In this document: positions 1 through 11,124 of the stretch, one piece after another
Position numbering within the stretch: the stretch's first letter is position 1
Layout: each line of letters begins with the position of its first letter
NCBI GenBank assembly: GCA_964497315.1
Contig: CAZCCH010000002.1
Span: 17,519 to 81,518, forward strand
Source: an uncultured Planctomycetia bacterium
Lineage (GTDB): Bacteria > Omnitrophota > Gorgyraeia > Taenaricolales > CAZCCH01
Direction of reading: 5' to 3'
Length of the DNA stretch: 64,000 bases
The notes under the pieces: generated by a model
What the model was told of the DNA's origin: nothing
Databases searched by the model: none
The model's input: only the letters and a program-made list of their open reading frames with translations
Translations under genes and position numbers: made by a program

Positions 1-446
1 CCTGTGTGTTTTTGTATTAAGGCAATAGCCTTTTTATGTTTTATTGTAATCAATAATATATCTGGTAATTTTCTATATACTATGGCCTTTGCAAACTCAG
101 GGTGTTCAGCTAATAACTTATTACTCAAAACCTTTGTATCTATACTAAATATATTTACACCTTGATATAAACCACAAAATGAGAATTGTTTCTCTTCTTT
201 AGAAAAAGCTTTACCTATATACTCTATATGAGAAATTCCAAAAAAAGGGCTATTTAATAAAAATGTCTTAATTTGGTAAAATAAAAATAAACATACCCCT
301 AGAATTACAAGAATTGGGGCTAGGCGCTTTGCTAAAGGAATAGTACGCACAGATTTCAATGCTAGGGTAATCCTTTTTGTTGCCCAACCCATATTAAATT
401 TAAGCTTTTTCTTAAATTTCTTTTTTCTTAAGCGTCTTCTTGGCAT
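1..446 (-). CDS. ftsQ: Cell division protein FtsQ (partial, runs off window)
   Basis: Manual translation from ATG at 446: basic N-tail, one TM segment, then POTRA-like NSPFFGISHIE...GVNIFSID...VYRKLPDILLI; follows ddl in the dcw cluster. Confidence 0.85.
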   Translation of the reverse strand, partial: MPRRRLRKKKFKKKLKFNMGWATKRITLALKSVRTIPLAKRLAPILVILGVCLFLFYQIKTFLLNSPFFGISHIEYIGKAFSKEEKQFSFCGLYQGVNIFSIDTKVLSNKLLAEHPEFAKAIVYRKLPDILLITIKHKKAIALIQKHT

Positions 447-1359
447 TTTTTTTTAAACTCAACTCCACTAATTTTACACAAAGCTGGTTAAACTCAATCC
501 CTTCTGCCTTGGCAGCCTTGGGTAGTAAACTCAATTTCGTCAAACCAGGGATAGAATTAAGCTCTAAAACCCTTATTTGGCCGTCCTTCCCATAAATCAT
601 ATCTACCCTGGAAAAATCCTTGCAACCTAGCACCTTATGAGCAAGTAAGGCATACCTTTGTGCTAGCTTGTAAGCCTTCTTTGAAATAGGTGCGGGTACT
701 AAATACTCTGTTATGCCTCTTGTGTATTTTGCCTTATAGTCATAAAAGCTTCTTTTGGGTACTACTTTAATTACAGGTAGGGGCTTTTCATTAAGTATCC
801 CAACTGTTATTTCCGCCCCAGGGATGTATTTCTCTAAGATTATTCTTTCATCATATGAAAATGCCAATTCCAAAGCCTTTTTAAAATCTTTCTTTTTTCT
901 TACAATACTAAGGCCAATACTTGAACCTTCTAAGGCAGGCTTTATAACCATAGGGCATTCATGTATTTCATTAAAAGAGCTAGAGTTTTTCTTAGTTAAT
1001 ACTTTATACTCTGGAGTAGGAATTCCTGCCTTTAAAAAAATCCGCTTAGAGTCAATTTTATTTAAGGCTAAGCGGCTTGCCCTCACACCTGATCCGGTAT
1101 AAGGTATTCTCATTGACTCTAAAATAGTCTGCACTACCCCATCTTCACCGAATTTACCATGTAGCGCAATAAATGCAACTTCTATTTTTTCTTCAACTAA
1201 GTATCTTTGCCAATTATCAATAGCATCTATACATATTACATCAAATCCTGTATTTTTTAAAGCAGAATAAACTGCCTTTCCTGATTTAATAGAAATCTCT
1301 CTTTCATTTGAAGGCCCACCCATTAAGACTGCTATTTTTTTAGGTTTATTATTAATCAT
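412..1359 (-). CDS. ddl: D-alanine--D-alanine ligase
   Basis: GGPSNEREIS, ALHGKFGEDG, GSSIG, FYDYKAKY, ELNSIPG motifs. Confidence 0.97.
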   Translation of the reverse strand: MINNKPKKIAVLMGGPSNEREISIKSGKAVYSALKNTGFDVICIDAIDNWQRYLVEEKIEVAFIALHGKFGEDGVVQTILESMRIPYTGSGVRASRLALNKIDSKRIFLKAGIPTPEYKVLTKKNSSSFNEIHECPMVIKPALEGSSIGLSIVRKKKDFKKALELAFSYDERIILEKYIPGAEITVGILNEKPLPVIKVVPKRSFYDYKAKYTRGITEYLVPAPISKKAYKLAQRYALLAHKVLGCKDFSRVDMIYGKDGQIRVLELNSIPGLTKLSLLPKAAKAEGIEFNQLCVKLVELSLKKNAKKTLKKKEI

Positions 1360-2267
1360 TTTACTACTCTTACCTCTGGTTCAAGCCAAATTCCATGAAT
1401 GGACTTTACTTTCTTTTGAATAAGTCCTATGAGTTCTAGTACGTCAGAGGCCTTTGCATTGCCTGCATTTACTATAAAATTGGCGTGCGTATTTGAAACT
1501 TGCGCTCCACCTATTTTTTCTCCCTTAAGACCCGATAGCTCAATTAACTTACCAGCACTTTTCTGTGAGTCCTTGGGATTTTTAAATATGCAACCTGCAC
1601 TTAAATTCTTTAAATCCTGGCTGATGTGTTTTTCTTCTAGAAAATGCTTCATCCTCCTGGCTATTTTATCATTTGAATCTTTCTTTAAGGTAAGTTTTGC
1701 TTCTAAAATAATAAAACCATCTAAATTAGAACACCTATATCCAAATCTTAACGCATTTTTATCTATAAATTTAATATTCCCGTCATAGTCAATTACCTTT
1801 ACCTGCTCTATTGCATCGCCAATGGAACCAAAATTCCCACCAGCATTCATAAAAACAGCACCACCTAAGGTAGCCGGTATCCCTGTTAAAAATTCCAGCC
1901 CACAAAGCCCTGCTTCAGTAAGAAGTTCTAAGAGCCTGCGAAGGTATATGCCACATCCTGCGCAAACCTCCAAATCAAAAAACTTAACATATCTAAATAC
2001 TTCATTGTCTAAGCTTATTACTATACCCTCATAGCCTTTATCACCAACCAAAAGATTAGAACCTCTGCCGATAACAAAACTTTTAATTTCTTCTTCCTTG
2101 CAAAGTACCAAAATCTTTTTTAACTCATCTAAACTTGCCGGGGATACCCACGCAGAGCAAGGTCCACCAATACCAAATGAGGTATGTTGATAGAGGGGTT
2201 CATTGAATTTTATATCACCCTTAAAATCTTCTAAAATTTTGTTTTTCTTAAAAATCTCTTTAGGCAC
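1356..2267 (-). CDS. murB: UDP-N-acetylenolpyruvoylglucosamine reductase
   Basis: HTSFGIGG, GRGSNLL, GIPATLGGAVFMNAG, SAGCIFKNP, HANFIVN, LEPEV. Confidence 0.97.
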   Translation of the reverse strand: MPKEIFKKNKILEDFKGDIKFNEPLYQHTSFGIGGPCSAWVSPASLDELKKILVLCKEEEIKSFVIGRGSNLLVGDKGYEGIVISLDNEVFRYVKFFDLEVCAGCGIYLRRLLELLTEAGLCGLEFLTGIPATLGGAVFMNAGGNFGSIGDAIEQVKVIDYDGNIKFIDKNALRFGYRCSNLDGFIILEAKLTLKKDSNDKIARRMKHFLEEKHISQDLKNLSAGCIFKNPKDSQKSAGKLIELSGLKGEKIGGAQVSNTHANFIVNAGNAKASDVLELIGLIQKKVKSIHGIWLEPEVRVVK

Positions 2268-3642
2268 GTCCTTCTAACTCCTTTGCTAAATCATCGACAA
2301 TCCTGTTAATATTACCGGCCCCTAATATTAATACAGAATCTCCCTCTTTTACAATTCTAGAGATGTATCGCGTTATTTTATCTTTGGAAAGATACACAAC
2401 AGATTTATTTTTACCTAGAGTATCGACGCTATGACAAATGGTTTTACCATCAACCCCTTTTATTGGTTTTTCTCCTGCTGGATATATATCTGTTAGAATC
2501 AGGTGGTCACACAAGTTAAAGCATTTACCGAATTCTTCTTTTAATTGAAGTGTACGCGTATACCTATGTGGTTGAAACACAGATATTAACCTATTGGGTC
2601 TCCAAAGCCTTGCTTGCGCTAAGACTGACTCAATCTCTGTCGGGTGATGGGCATAATCTTCAACCAACATAACACCATTATAAGTGCCTTTTATTTGAAA
2701 ACGCCTCTTCACACCAGAAAAGCTCTCTAAAGATTTTTTTATTTCTTTAAAATCAACACCTATATCAATGGCTACTGCAATAGCAGCTAGGGCATTTCGG
2801 CAATTATGCTTACCTCCTAAGGGCAACTTTATCTCACCAAGCCTTTCACCTGATTTATAACAGTCAAATACAGTAAAGTCTTTTTGTAACTCTATATTGC
2901 CTGCTGAGATATCTGCTCCTTTATCCAAGCCAAAACTTACCTTCCTTCCATTAAAAGCCTTTAATAAAGAGTGCTTCTGTGGCTCGTCATACCAGTAGAT
3001 TAAACACCCATCTTGCTTTGTATTAGAGACATATTGGATAAATGCCTTTACTAAACCCTTTTTGTCTTTATGATAATCTAGGTGGTCTTCATCTAAATTT
3101 GTTACTACTGAATATGTAGGCCTTAATGCTAAGAATGAGCCATCGCTTTCATCAGACTCAGCAACTAAATAGTTTCCTTCTCCAAAGACTGCATTGCCAC
3201 CAAGGGAAGGTACCTCACCTCCCACAAGAATAGTTGGCTTTAAATCTGTACCTTTTAAAATAGTCCCTATCAAAGAAGTGGTTGTGGTCTTTCCATGGGT
3301 ACCAGCTATGGATATGCCTATTTTCTCATTCATCAGCCAAGCTAAAACCTCACCTCTTAAAGCTGTAGGTATTCCTAAGGTCTGTGCTGCTTGTATTTCA
3401 GGGTTATTCTTTCTTATGCAAGATGAGTAAATTACTAAGTCTAGAGGTTCTATGATATTAGTCTTTTTGTGTCCTATATAAATCTTAGCGCCTATTTTTT
3501 TAAGTTTCTCTGTAATAGAGCTTTCTTCTACATCAGAACCACTAACCAAAGCCCCCCTTTTTATAAGCACATAGGCTATAGCACTCATACCTATACCACC
3601 TATACCTATAAAATGAATTCTTTTATAATTTGAGTACTTCAT
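2260..3642 (-). CDS. murC: UDP-N-acetylmuramate--L-alanine ligase
   Basis: HFIGIGGIGMS, GTHGKTTTT, ESDESDGSF, DYAHHPTE, FQPHRYTRT. Confidence 0.97.
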   Translation of the reverse strand: MKYSNYKRIHFIGIGGIGMSAIAYVLIKRGALVSGSDVEESSITEKLKKIGAKIYIGHKKTNIIEPLDLVIYSSCIRKNNPEIQAAQTLGIPTALRGEVLAWLMNEKIGISIAGTHGKTTTTSLIGTILKGTDLKPTILVGGEVPSLGGNAVFGEGNYLVAESDESDGSFLALRPTYSVVTNLDEDHLDYHKDKKGLVKAFIQYVSNTKQDGCLIYWYDEPQKHSLLKAFNGRKVSFGLDKGADISAGNIELQKDFTVFDCYKSGERLGEIKLPLGGKHNCRNALAAIAVAIDIGVDFKEIKKSLESFSGVKRRFQIKGTYNGVMLVEDYAHHPTEIESVLAQARLWRPNRLISVFQPHRYTRTLQLKEEFGKCFNLCDHLILTDIYPAGEKPIKGVDGKTICHSVDTLGKNKSVVYLSKDKITRYISRIVKEGDSVLILGAGNINRIVDDLAKELEGRA

Positions 3643-4714
3643 TAGCTAAATCCTCTGCTGCCTTCGGTCTTCCTAATGCCCTACTGGAACCCCTAAAACC
3701 TTCCAGCCTTTCTCTATCCTCCATAATGTCTGATAAAATACCTCTAATCGCATCCCCTGAGATTAGTCTATCTTCCAGTAAAAGGGCTGCTCCATTTTCA
3801 GAAAGAAGACTTGCATTTTTGCTCTGATGTTTATCTCCATGCGGATAAGGGACTAATATCGAGGCAAGCCCCAGAGAGGTCAATTCTGCAATAGTTGTAG
3901 CTCCAGAACGTGCAATTACCAAATCAGAAGCAGCGTAAGCCTCACCTATCCTGTCAAGATACGGCAGGATGCGCCCTGAGGTATTATATTTTTTGTATTC
4001 ACTGCTTACAGAATCAAAATCAGACTTTCCAGTAAGGTGAACGAACTGTAAATTATCATTATTTTTAGAAGAGGAAAAAAATTGCATAACTGCCTGGTTT
4101 ATAGAATGCGCACCAAGGCTGCCACCCATAACTAAAACAGTAAACTTATTCTCTTTTAAACCAAGCCTTGTTATTGCATCATGTTTATCTGTGTTTAAAA
4201 TCTCATCTCTTATGGGGTTTCCTGTAAAGATGGCCTTTTTCTTACTATGCGGGGATAAGGTTTTAATCGTCTGTGTAAAACTTACTGCAATCTTTGTTAC
4301 AAAGGAGGCGCAAAACCTATTTGCTCTTCCCAAGGTTACATTCTGCTCATGAATGAGTGTCTTAACTTTAAGAAACCATCCAGCTAAAACAATAGGTGCT
4401 GAAGCGTAACTACCGAACCCTACTACAAAATTAGGTTTAAAATCATGCAAAATCTTAAGTGAAGTAAAAAAAGATATAAAAGACCTTATAAAAAACAAAA
4501 TGTAGCCTAAATTTACACCATGAGGCATAGGTCCAGCACTAATCATCTTAAATGAAAAACCTTCCCTTTTTATTAATCCCTCAAGTGCGGCTTTACGCCT
4601 TGATGAAATTACAAATAAGACTTCTGCGTCTTTTTTCTTAAGTTCGCGTGCGAGTGCCAGGCCAGGAAAAAAATGTCCTCCGCTACTGCCGCATGCTATT
4701 ATGGCCTTTAACAC
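3623..4714 (-). CDS. murG: Undecaprenyl-PP-MurNAc-pentapeptide GlcNAc transferase
   Basis: SGGHFFPG, IHEQN, TGNPIR, GGSLGA, RSGATT, HQSKNA. Confidence 0.96.
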   Translation of the reverse strand: MLKAIIACGSSGGHFFPGLALARELKKKDAEVLFVISSRRKAALEGLIKREGFSFKMISAGPMPHGVNLGYILFFIRSFISFFTSLKILHDFKPNFVVGFGSYASAPIVLAGWFLKVKTLIHEQNVTLGRANRFCASFVTKIAVSFTQTIKTLSPHSKKKAIFTGNPIRDEILNTDKHDAITRLGLKENKFTVLVMGGSLGAHSINQAVMQFFSSSKNNDNLQFVHLTGKSDFDSVSSEYKKYNTSGRILPYLDRIGEAYAASDLVIARSGATTIAELTSLGLASILVPYPHGDKHQSKNASLLSENGAALLLEDRLISGDAIRGILSDIMEDRERLEGFRGSSRALGRPKAAEDLANEVLKL

Positions 4715-5802
4715 TATAAACCTTTCCTCCTTGCTATATTTAACAGGAGTCCTACAGACATCATATTCATTGCAAGGGATGTTCCTCCATAGCTGATAAA
4801 TGGTAAAGGTAATCCTTTTGTAGGAAGCATTCCTGTAGTAACCCCGATATTTACAATAGTTTCAAAGGCAATCTTGACAACTAATCCTAAAGCCAAAAGC
4901 TTACCAAATAAGTCCCCGGCTTTAAGTGCAACCTTAGCACCATGCCAAATAAATATGGTAAAAATTATAATCACACTAAGCGTCCCCAGTAAACCTAACT
5001 CTTCGCCTATAATAGAAAATATAAAATCAGTGTGCGATGCTGGAAGGTAAAATAGTTTCTGCTGGGATTTGCCTAAGCCTACACCTATCAATCCACCCAA
5101 ACCTAATGCCAGGAAGGATTGTATTATTTGAAAACCTGTACCCCTTGGATCAAGCCAGGGATTTAAAAATGCCATCATCCTAGCTTTTCTATAAGGTACG
5201 CTAAAGACTAAAAAATAAAGCACTGGAATTGACACCAAGACACAACTTGTAATATGTTTTAAATTAATCCCGGCAGCAAAATATAAAACAAATGCCACAA
5301 ATATTACTACTACAGAGTTTCCTAAGTCAGGTTGTACAAGAATAAGCCCAGCTACTAGTAATGTTGTAATGGCAGCAGGTAAAAACCCAAAGAAAAAATC
5401 CTTCAGCCTTTCCTGCCTCCTGCTAAAAAAATCTGCAAGATAAATTATTAATACAACCTTAGCAAATTCAGCAGGCTGAAAACTAAACCAGGCAATTTTT
5501 AACCACCTCCTTGCACCACCTGCCTCAATCCCAATATAAGGAACTAATACTAAACCCAAAAGCACTATACTAAATAAATATCCAAATTTCACAAAAAGCT
5601 TAAGCTTTTGATAATCAAAACTCATTACTAAAAAACTTAAAATAAGTCCTATTGCAAGATAAAGCAGGTGTTTTTTCAAGAAAAAGGTACTATCACCAAA
5701 TTTTTCACTAGCATATATGGCACTTGAGCTATAAATCATGACTATGCCAATACACAAAAGAATAGTTGTTGTAATTAAAATTACTATCCGTGTTCTGCGC
5801 AT
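4714..5802 (-). CDS. ftsW: SEDS peptidoglycan polymerase FtsW
   Basis: GARRW, FQPAEFAK, QPDLG, LPASHTDFIF, LPFISYGG; dcw position. Confidence 0.96.
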   Translation of the reverse strand: MRRTRIVILITTTILLCIGIVMIYSSSAIYASEKFGDSTFFLKKHLLYLAIGLILSFLVMSFDYQKLKLFVKFGYLFSIVLLGLVLVPYIGIEAGGARRWLKIAWFSFQPAEFAKVVLIIYLADFFSRRQERLKDFFFGFLPAAITTLLVAGLILVQPDLGNSVVVIFVAFVLYFAAGINLKHITSCVLVSIPVLYFLVFSVPYRKARMMAFLNPWLDPRGTGFQIIQSFLALGLGGLIGVGLGKSQQKLFYLPASHTDFIFSIIGEELGLLGTLSVIIIFTIFIWHGAKVALKAGDLFGKLLALGLVVKIAFETIVNIGVTTGMLPTKGLPLPFISYGGTSLAMNMMSVGLLLNIARRKGL

Positions 5803-7163
5803 TTTACCTTTAATTTTAAACTTTCTACTGCCTTTTTAAACACTCTTCCCCTGTCTTTAAAGTCCTCAAACATATCAAAGCTGGCACACATTGGCGAGAG
5901 CAAAACCTCATCAGGGGCTTTAGCAAGTTCGTGTGCTTTACTAACCGCCTCTTCTAAGGAGCTACTCTCATAAACCTGGACTAAATCTCCCAAAGAAGCC
6001 TTTATCTTTTTTCTTGCCTCACCTATTAATAAAAGTGTCTTTACCTTTTCTTTTACAATATTCCTAATGGTGGAAAAATCAACTTGTTTATCTCTCCCGC
6101 CAGCAATTAATACAACCCTACTACTGCAACTCTCCAAGGCCTTTCTTGTAGCATCTGGGGTCGTAGACTTCGAATCATTTATAAACCTTACACCTTCTAA
6201 TTCTAGTATAAATTCATTCCTGTGCTCAAGCCCTTCAAAACTACTCAAGCCTTTCTTTATATATTCCTTCTCAATACCCAGTAAACTAGCCGCTAAAGAG
6301 GCTGCTAAAGCATTTCCTAAATTATGGGGTCCTTTTATCTTTACATCCTCAATTCTACATAAGCTCTTGCATTCACCTTGCGCTTGAATAAAAAGCTCTT
6401 TTTTATCAATAAAAGCAGTTTTGTTGTGTGTTTTTCTTGTAAAATATAAAATGTTGGAGTTTATTTTTACCTTTGGGTTTTGAAGTATCGGATCATCGAA
6501 ATTCAATATTGCAAAATCTCTTGATGTCTGATTGTGGAATATATTAAATTTGGCCTCTATGTATTCATTGAAGTTTTTATGTCTATCAAGGTGATTTTGT
6601 GTGGCATTTAGAAAAATCGCTATATGGGGTCTAAATTTATCAATCCTAGAAAGTTGAAAAGAACTCACTTCTAAAATCACTATTGTGTCTTTATCTAAGT
6701 CTAAAACCTGCCTGCTGAAGGGGTTTCCGATATTTCCAAGGAGAACAGTCCTTTTCTTCGCACAGGCTGTGATGTGTGCTAGTAAAGACACTGTAGTAGA
6801 TTTACCATTTGTCCCTGTTACGGCTACAATAGGAGATTTACAATACCAAAAAGCAAATTCCACTTCATCGATAATTTCTATATTGTTTTCCTTTGCTATC
6901 CTTATTGCAGGGTTACTATCCCCTACGCCAGGGCTTGCAATAATTAAATCTTGAGTCTTTATTAAATCGTGAGTATCTAAACCTAATTCAACATCAACAC
7001 CTATTTTCTGCAAACTGGCTCTTTTTTGTCTTAAAAGCTCATTATCGCAAGCATCTATTGCCTTAACATGTGCCCCGAGTCTACATGCAAGCTCTGCTGC
7101 TGCATAACCGCTTTTTCCAAGACCAATTATTGTAATTTTTTTATCTTTAATATCTTTTTCCAT
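5784..7163 (-). CDS. murD: UDP-MurNAc-L-Ala--D-glutamate ligase
   Basis: GLGKSG, TGTNGKSTT, EVSSFQL, NDSKST, LSPMCASFDMF. Confidence 0.97.
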   Translation of the reverse strand: MEKDIKDKKITIIGLGKSGYAAAELACRLGAHVKAIDACDNELLRQKRASLQKIGVDVELGLDTHDLIKTQDLIIASPGVGDSNPAIRIAKENNIEIIDEVEFAFWYCKSPIVAVTGTNGKSTTVSLLAHITACAKKRTVLLGNIGNPFSRQVLDLDKDTIVILEVSSFQLSRIDKFRPHIAIFLNATQNHLDRHKNFNEYIEAKFNIFHNQTSRDFAILNFDDPILQNPKVKINSNILYFTRKTHNKTAFIDKKELFIQAQGECKSLCRIEDVKIKGPHNLGNALAASLAASLLGIEKEYIKKGLSSFEGLEHRNEFILELEGVRFINDSKSTTPDATRKALESCSSRVVLIAGGRDKQVDFSTIRNIVKEKVKTLLLIGEARKKIKASLGDLVQVYESSSLEEAVSKAHELAKAPDEVLLSPMCASFDMFEDFKDRGRVFKKAVESLKLKVKCAEHG

Positions 7164-7171
7164 TTTTTACA

Positions 7172-8260
7172 TTAACGTAACTTTAATGTTGCAAGGCTTA
7201 CTAAAGCTAAAATTACTGCAATTATCCAAAATCTAACTATCACCTTTGACTCTGACAAGCCCTTTAGCTGAAAATGGTGATGTATGGGAGCCATTAAAAA
7301 GGGTCTCCTGCCTCTAAATTTAAAAGAGGCAACTTGTATTATTACAGAAAGAGCCTCTACGACAAATATTCCACCTGCTAAGAGCAGCAATAGCTCTTTT
7401 TTTATCAAAACAGCAACTATGCCAATAGCACCGCCTAACGATAAAGAACCTGTGTCCCCCATAAAAACTTGAGCTGGATGAGAGTTGTACCATAAAAATC
7501 CCATAGTTGCCCCAAGCATGGCCGCACAAAACACAGACAATTCTCCAACGCCAGGTACATACGTTATAAAAAGATAATTACTAAAAATGCTATTACCTGC
7601 AATATAGCTTAATACGCAAAATGTAAATGCAACCATTGCCGTACACCCTACAGCTAAACCATCTAAGCCATCGGTGATATTGACTGCATTAGATGAACCA
7701 ACGATTACAAGGACGCAAAACAGCACAAAAAAAGGTCCAAGGTTAATTACCAAGTCCTTCAGAAACGGCAACTCTAACTGTGTTGAAAATTCCGGATTTA
7801 GATAAAGGTATGTACCTATGCTTACGGCCAATATTAACTGCCCAAAAAACTTTGCAAATAAAGATAATCCCTTAGAGCGCTTTTGTATTAACTTCAGGCA
7901 ATCATCAATAAACCCTACAAGACCTAACCACACTGTAGAGGCAAGGACTAAAATGACATATTTATTTGTTAAGTCCGACCAAAGCAGTGTTGTAATAACC
8001 AAAACAGCTAATATTAGAATTCCACCCATTGTTGGAGTGCCTTTTTTATCCTTATGAAGCTCATAGAGCTGTTCTGTGTGTTTCTTACGGATGTATTCAC
8101 CTATATCAAGAAAAGAAAGCATTTTTATAAACACAGGCCCTAAGATGATACTAAGTATAAGGGCTGTTACACTGGCCATAGCAGCCCGAAAGGTTATATA
8201 TCTAAATACATTAAAACCAAACCATAAATCTTTTAACGGGTAGAATAAGTGGTAAAACAT
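7172..8260 (-). CDS. mraY: Phospho-MurNAc-pentapeptide transferase
   Basis: KGTPTMGG, NAVNITDGLDGL, FMGDTGSL, MAPIHHHF. Confidence 0.98.
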   Translation of the reverse strand: MFYHLFYPLKDLWFGFNVFRYITFRAAMASVTALILSIILGPVFIKMLSFLDIGEYIRKKHTEQLYELHKDKKGTPTMGGILILAVLVITTLLWSDLTNKYVILVLASTVWLGLVGFIDDCLKLIQKRSKGLSLFAKFFGQLILAVSIGTYLYLNPEFSTQLELPFLKDLVINLGPFFVLFCVLVIVGSSNAVNITDGLDGLAVGCTAMVAFTFCVLSYIAGNSIFSNYLFITYVPGVGELSVFCAAMLGATMGFLWYNSHPAQVFMGDTGSLSLGGAIGIVAVLIKKELLLLLAGGIFVVEALSVIIQVASFKFRGRRPFLMAPIHHHFQLKGLSESKVIVRFWIIAVILALVSLATLKLR

Positions 8261-9618
8261 TCTAGTGCTTGCTCCATTTTAATTGCCCTTGAACCCTTTA
8301 TTAACACTACATCCTTGGGCTTAACTATTTTTAACAATAACCTCCCTGCTTCAGTAGAATTCTCACAATGCAAAACTGACTTAAGGTCCATCCCTGCCTT
8401 TAGTGCTGCCTGCACTGCCTCTTTAGATAATTCTCCTACTCCAATAAATATATCTATTGAGTTTTCAGCAGCCTCTTTTCCTACGTGGTGGTGAAAATAC
8501 GCAGAGGCCTCACCCAATTCCAGCATATCCCCACTAACAAGAATTTTACGTCTGTCTTTAAACCCACTCAATGTAGAAATCGCAGATTTCATTGATTTGG
8601 GGTTTGAATTATAGCAATCATTAATTATTAAAATATCCTTTACCTCTAATAATTGCATACGCATCTGTGGGGATTTAAAACTTGCTAAGGCCTCTAGAGC
8701 CTTTGGGATATCAATGTCAAATTCAGATGCTACTGCTATGGCACAAAGGGCATTATAGATATTATGTTCTGCTAGTATATTTATCCTTGCCTTGAATTTA
8801 TCATTCACCAAAAATTCAAAACCATCTTCTTTGCTTTTAATCTCACTCGCTGAAAAATCACATTCTGGCCTTAAACCAAATGTCTTTGACCTGCATTTGG
8901 ATAAATGAAAAAGGTCAGCAAGCATAGGATCATCACCATTCCATATAGCAAGATCTTGCTTTTCAAAATCAGTAAATATAGCAGACTTCTCCTGATAAAC
9001 TGTCTGTAGGTCTTTTAAAAACTCTAAGTGGCTTGGGCCTATATTTGTTATTATGCCTATATTGGGTTTTGCTATTTTTGCAATCTCCCTTATCTCCCCA
9101 GGGAAGTTAGTCCCCATCTCTAACACACAGGCTTGATGTTTGGAATTTAATTTAAGAAGCGCTAAAGAGATTCCTATTAAATTATTCTGTGTCCCTGGTG
9201 TCTTTAATACATTGAGTTTTTCAGAAAGAATAGAGGCAATTAAATCTTTAGTAGTTGTCTTCCCATTTGAACCTGTAATGCCCACAATGGGAATATTGAA
9301 TTTCTTTCTATGAAAACCTGCTAAATTACCTAGAGCATTATAGGTATTTGAGGCAGCTATCAAGAAGAATGGTCGTTGGTTATTGAAATCAGCTACTTTG
9401 CTTAGCTTGTCTTCTGAGATAATACATCCAGCAGCACCTTTTTTTAGGGCCTCATTAAGAAAATCATGTCCATTGAATACTTTGCCTTCTATTGCTAGAA
9501 AGACCTCCTCAGGCATAATAGTACGTGTATCAATGGAAATCCCATAGGAACCTGTACTGGATGATTTCTTTATCAATTTGGCATCCGTTGCCTTTAGTAT
9601 GTCTTCAACTGTAAACAT
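8233..9618 (-). CDS. murF: UDP-MurNAc-tripeptide--D-Ala-D-Ala ligase
   Basis: TGSNGKTTTKD, EMG, DCYNSNP, GDMLELG, KGSR. Confidence 0.96.
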   Translation of the reverse strand: MFTVEDILKATDAKLIKKSSSTGSYGISIDTRTIMPEEVFLAIEGKVFNGHDFLNEALKKGAAGCIISEDKLSKVADFNNQRPFFLIAASNTYNALGNLAGFHRKKFNIPIVGITGSNGKTTTKDLIASILSEKLNVLKTPGTQNNLIGISLALLKLNSKHQACVLEMGTNFPGEIREIAKIAKPNIGIITNIGPSHLEFLKDLQTVYQEKSAIFTDFEKQDLAIWNGDDPMLADLFHLSKCRSKTFGLRPECDFSASEIKSKEDGFEFLVNDKFKARINILAEHNIYNALCAIAVASEFDIDIPKALEALASFKSPQMRMQLLEVKDILIINDCYNSNPKSMKSAISTLSGFKDRRKILVSGDMLELGEASAYFHHHVGKEAAENSIDIFIGVGELSKEAVQAALKAGMDLKSVLHCENSTEAGRLLLKIVKPKDVVLIKGSRAIKMEQALECFTTYSTR

Positions 9619-11018
9619 GATTTAGTTACCCTGTAATCATCAAATGGAATTCTTTTATTCTTCAATACCTGATAGTTCTCATGACCTTTGCCTGCTATAA
9701 GAACACAATCATCCTTTTTGGCTGTGTCAATAGCCTCTTTTATTGCCTGTCTTCTATCTAATATAACCTTGTGTGCATCTGATGAGTCTATACCAACTAA
9801 AATCTCATCAACTATAGATTCTGCAGATTCTGTCCTTGGATTGTCATTTGTTATAAAAACCATATCGGAAAGTTCACTGGCAGCCTTACCCATCTTAGGC
9901 CTTTTGGACTTATCCCTGTCTCCACCACAACCAAAGACAGTAAGAATTCTCCCCTTACATATTTCACGAAGGGATGATAGGACATTTCTCAAGGCATCTT
10001 CTGTATGTGCATAGTCAATGAAGACTGAAAAAGGCTGACCGCATACTACTTGCTGCAACCTCCCAGGAACAATTTTTAGGCCTTCTATGCCTTTTTTAAT
10101 GTGTTTAAGGCTTATATCTTGACTTAGGCTACATGCTATGGCTGCTAGTATGTTATAGATGTTGTGCCTGCCGAAAAGTGCGCTTTCTATTTCTACTTCT
10201 CCCTTTATCGTATCCACAGTCAAGCTTAAACCTCCAAGGTGGGTACGGACATCCTTTAGGTTTACATCTGCTTTTTTAGATATAGAATATGTAAACCTCT
10301 TACAGGAAATCTCTTTAAAAAGTGTCCTACCAAAATTATCATCTATATTTAATATTGCAAAAGAATGTTTTGGAAGATTCTTGAAAAGCTTAGCCTTGGT
10401 ATCTTTATAATCCTGCATTGAGTTATGGTAATCTAGGTGCTCTCTTGTTATATTAGTAAAAACTGCACTATTAAATTTTAGGCCCTCTATCCTGCCCTGA
10501 TGTATCGCATGTGAAGAAACTTCCATTACAACTGAATCCGCACCTTTATGGGCCATAGTATTTAAAAAGGAATGCAATTCTAAAACTCCGGGTGTTGTGT
10601 TTTTCGCCTCAATAGAATGAGTTTTAAATCTATAATTTATAGTTCCTATTACACCGGGATTAAAATGCGCCTCTTTTAATATAGACTCAATTAAATAAGA
10701 AGTGGTAGTCTTGCCATTGGTGCCGGTAATGCCTATTAATTTTAAGTTAGTTAAGCCTTCTTTGTAGAAGTTTTTAGCTAATTTAACTAAAGCTTTCCTT
10801 GTATCTTTTACAACAATTTTTTTTACATCCTTACTACAAGGAAAGTCTTTCTCTGCTACTATGCACCTAGCACCATTTTGCATTGCTTCTTGTATAAAAT
10901 CATGACCATCTAAAGAATTACCTTTGATAGCCACGAACATAAAACCTTCCTTTATGTCCTTGGAATTACAGCTTATACCTTGTATCTCTAAATTTTTTAT
11001 TAAGTTATCAATCTTCAT
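9594..11018 (-). CDS. murE: UDP-MurNAc-dipeptide--meso-diaminopimelate ligase
   Basis: TGTNGKTTT, MEVSSH, DYAHT, FGCGGDRD, DNPR (mDAP-type), AGKGHE. Confidence 0.97.
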   Translation of the reverse strand: MKIDNLIKNLEIQGISCNSKDIKEGFMFVAIKGNSLDGHDFIQEAMQNGARCIVAEKDFPCSKDVKKIVVKDTRKALVKLAKNFYKEGLTNLKLIGITGTNGKTTTSYLIESILKEAHFNPGVIGTINYRFKTHSIEAKNTTPGVLELHSFLNTMAHKGADSVVMEVSSHAIHQGRIEGLKFNSAVFTNITREHLDYHNSMQDYKDTKAKLFKNLPKHSFAILNIDDNFGRTLFKEISCKRFTYSISKKADVNLKDVRTHLGGLSLTVDTIKGEVEIESALFGRHNIYNILAAIACSLSQDISLKHIKKGIEGLKIVPGRLQQVVCGQPFSVFIDYAHTEDALRNVLSSLREICKGRILTVFGCGGDRDKSKRPKMGKAASELSDMVFITNDNPRTESAESIVDEILVGIDSSDAHKVILDRRQAIKEAIDTAKKDDCVLIAGKGHENYQVLKNKRIPFDDYRVTKSCLQLKTY

Positions 11019-11124
11019 ATTAAGATCATTTAGGTTGCTTTAAAGATTTATAAATTCTTTACTAAGCACTTAAACCACAAATTTTCTTTTGTATCATTAT
11101 TTTAAAAACTTATAATACCGATGA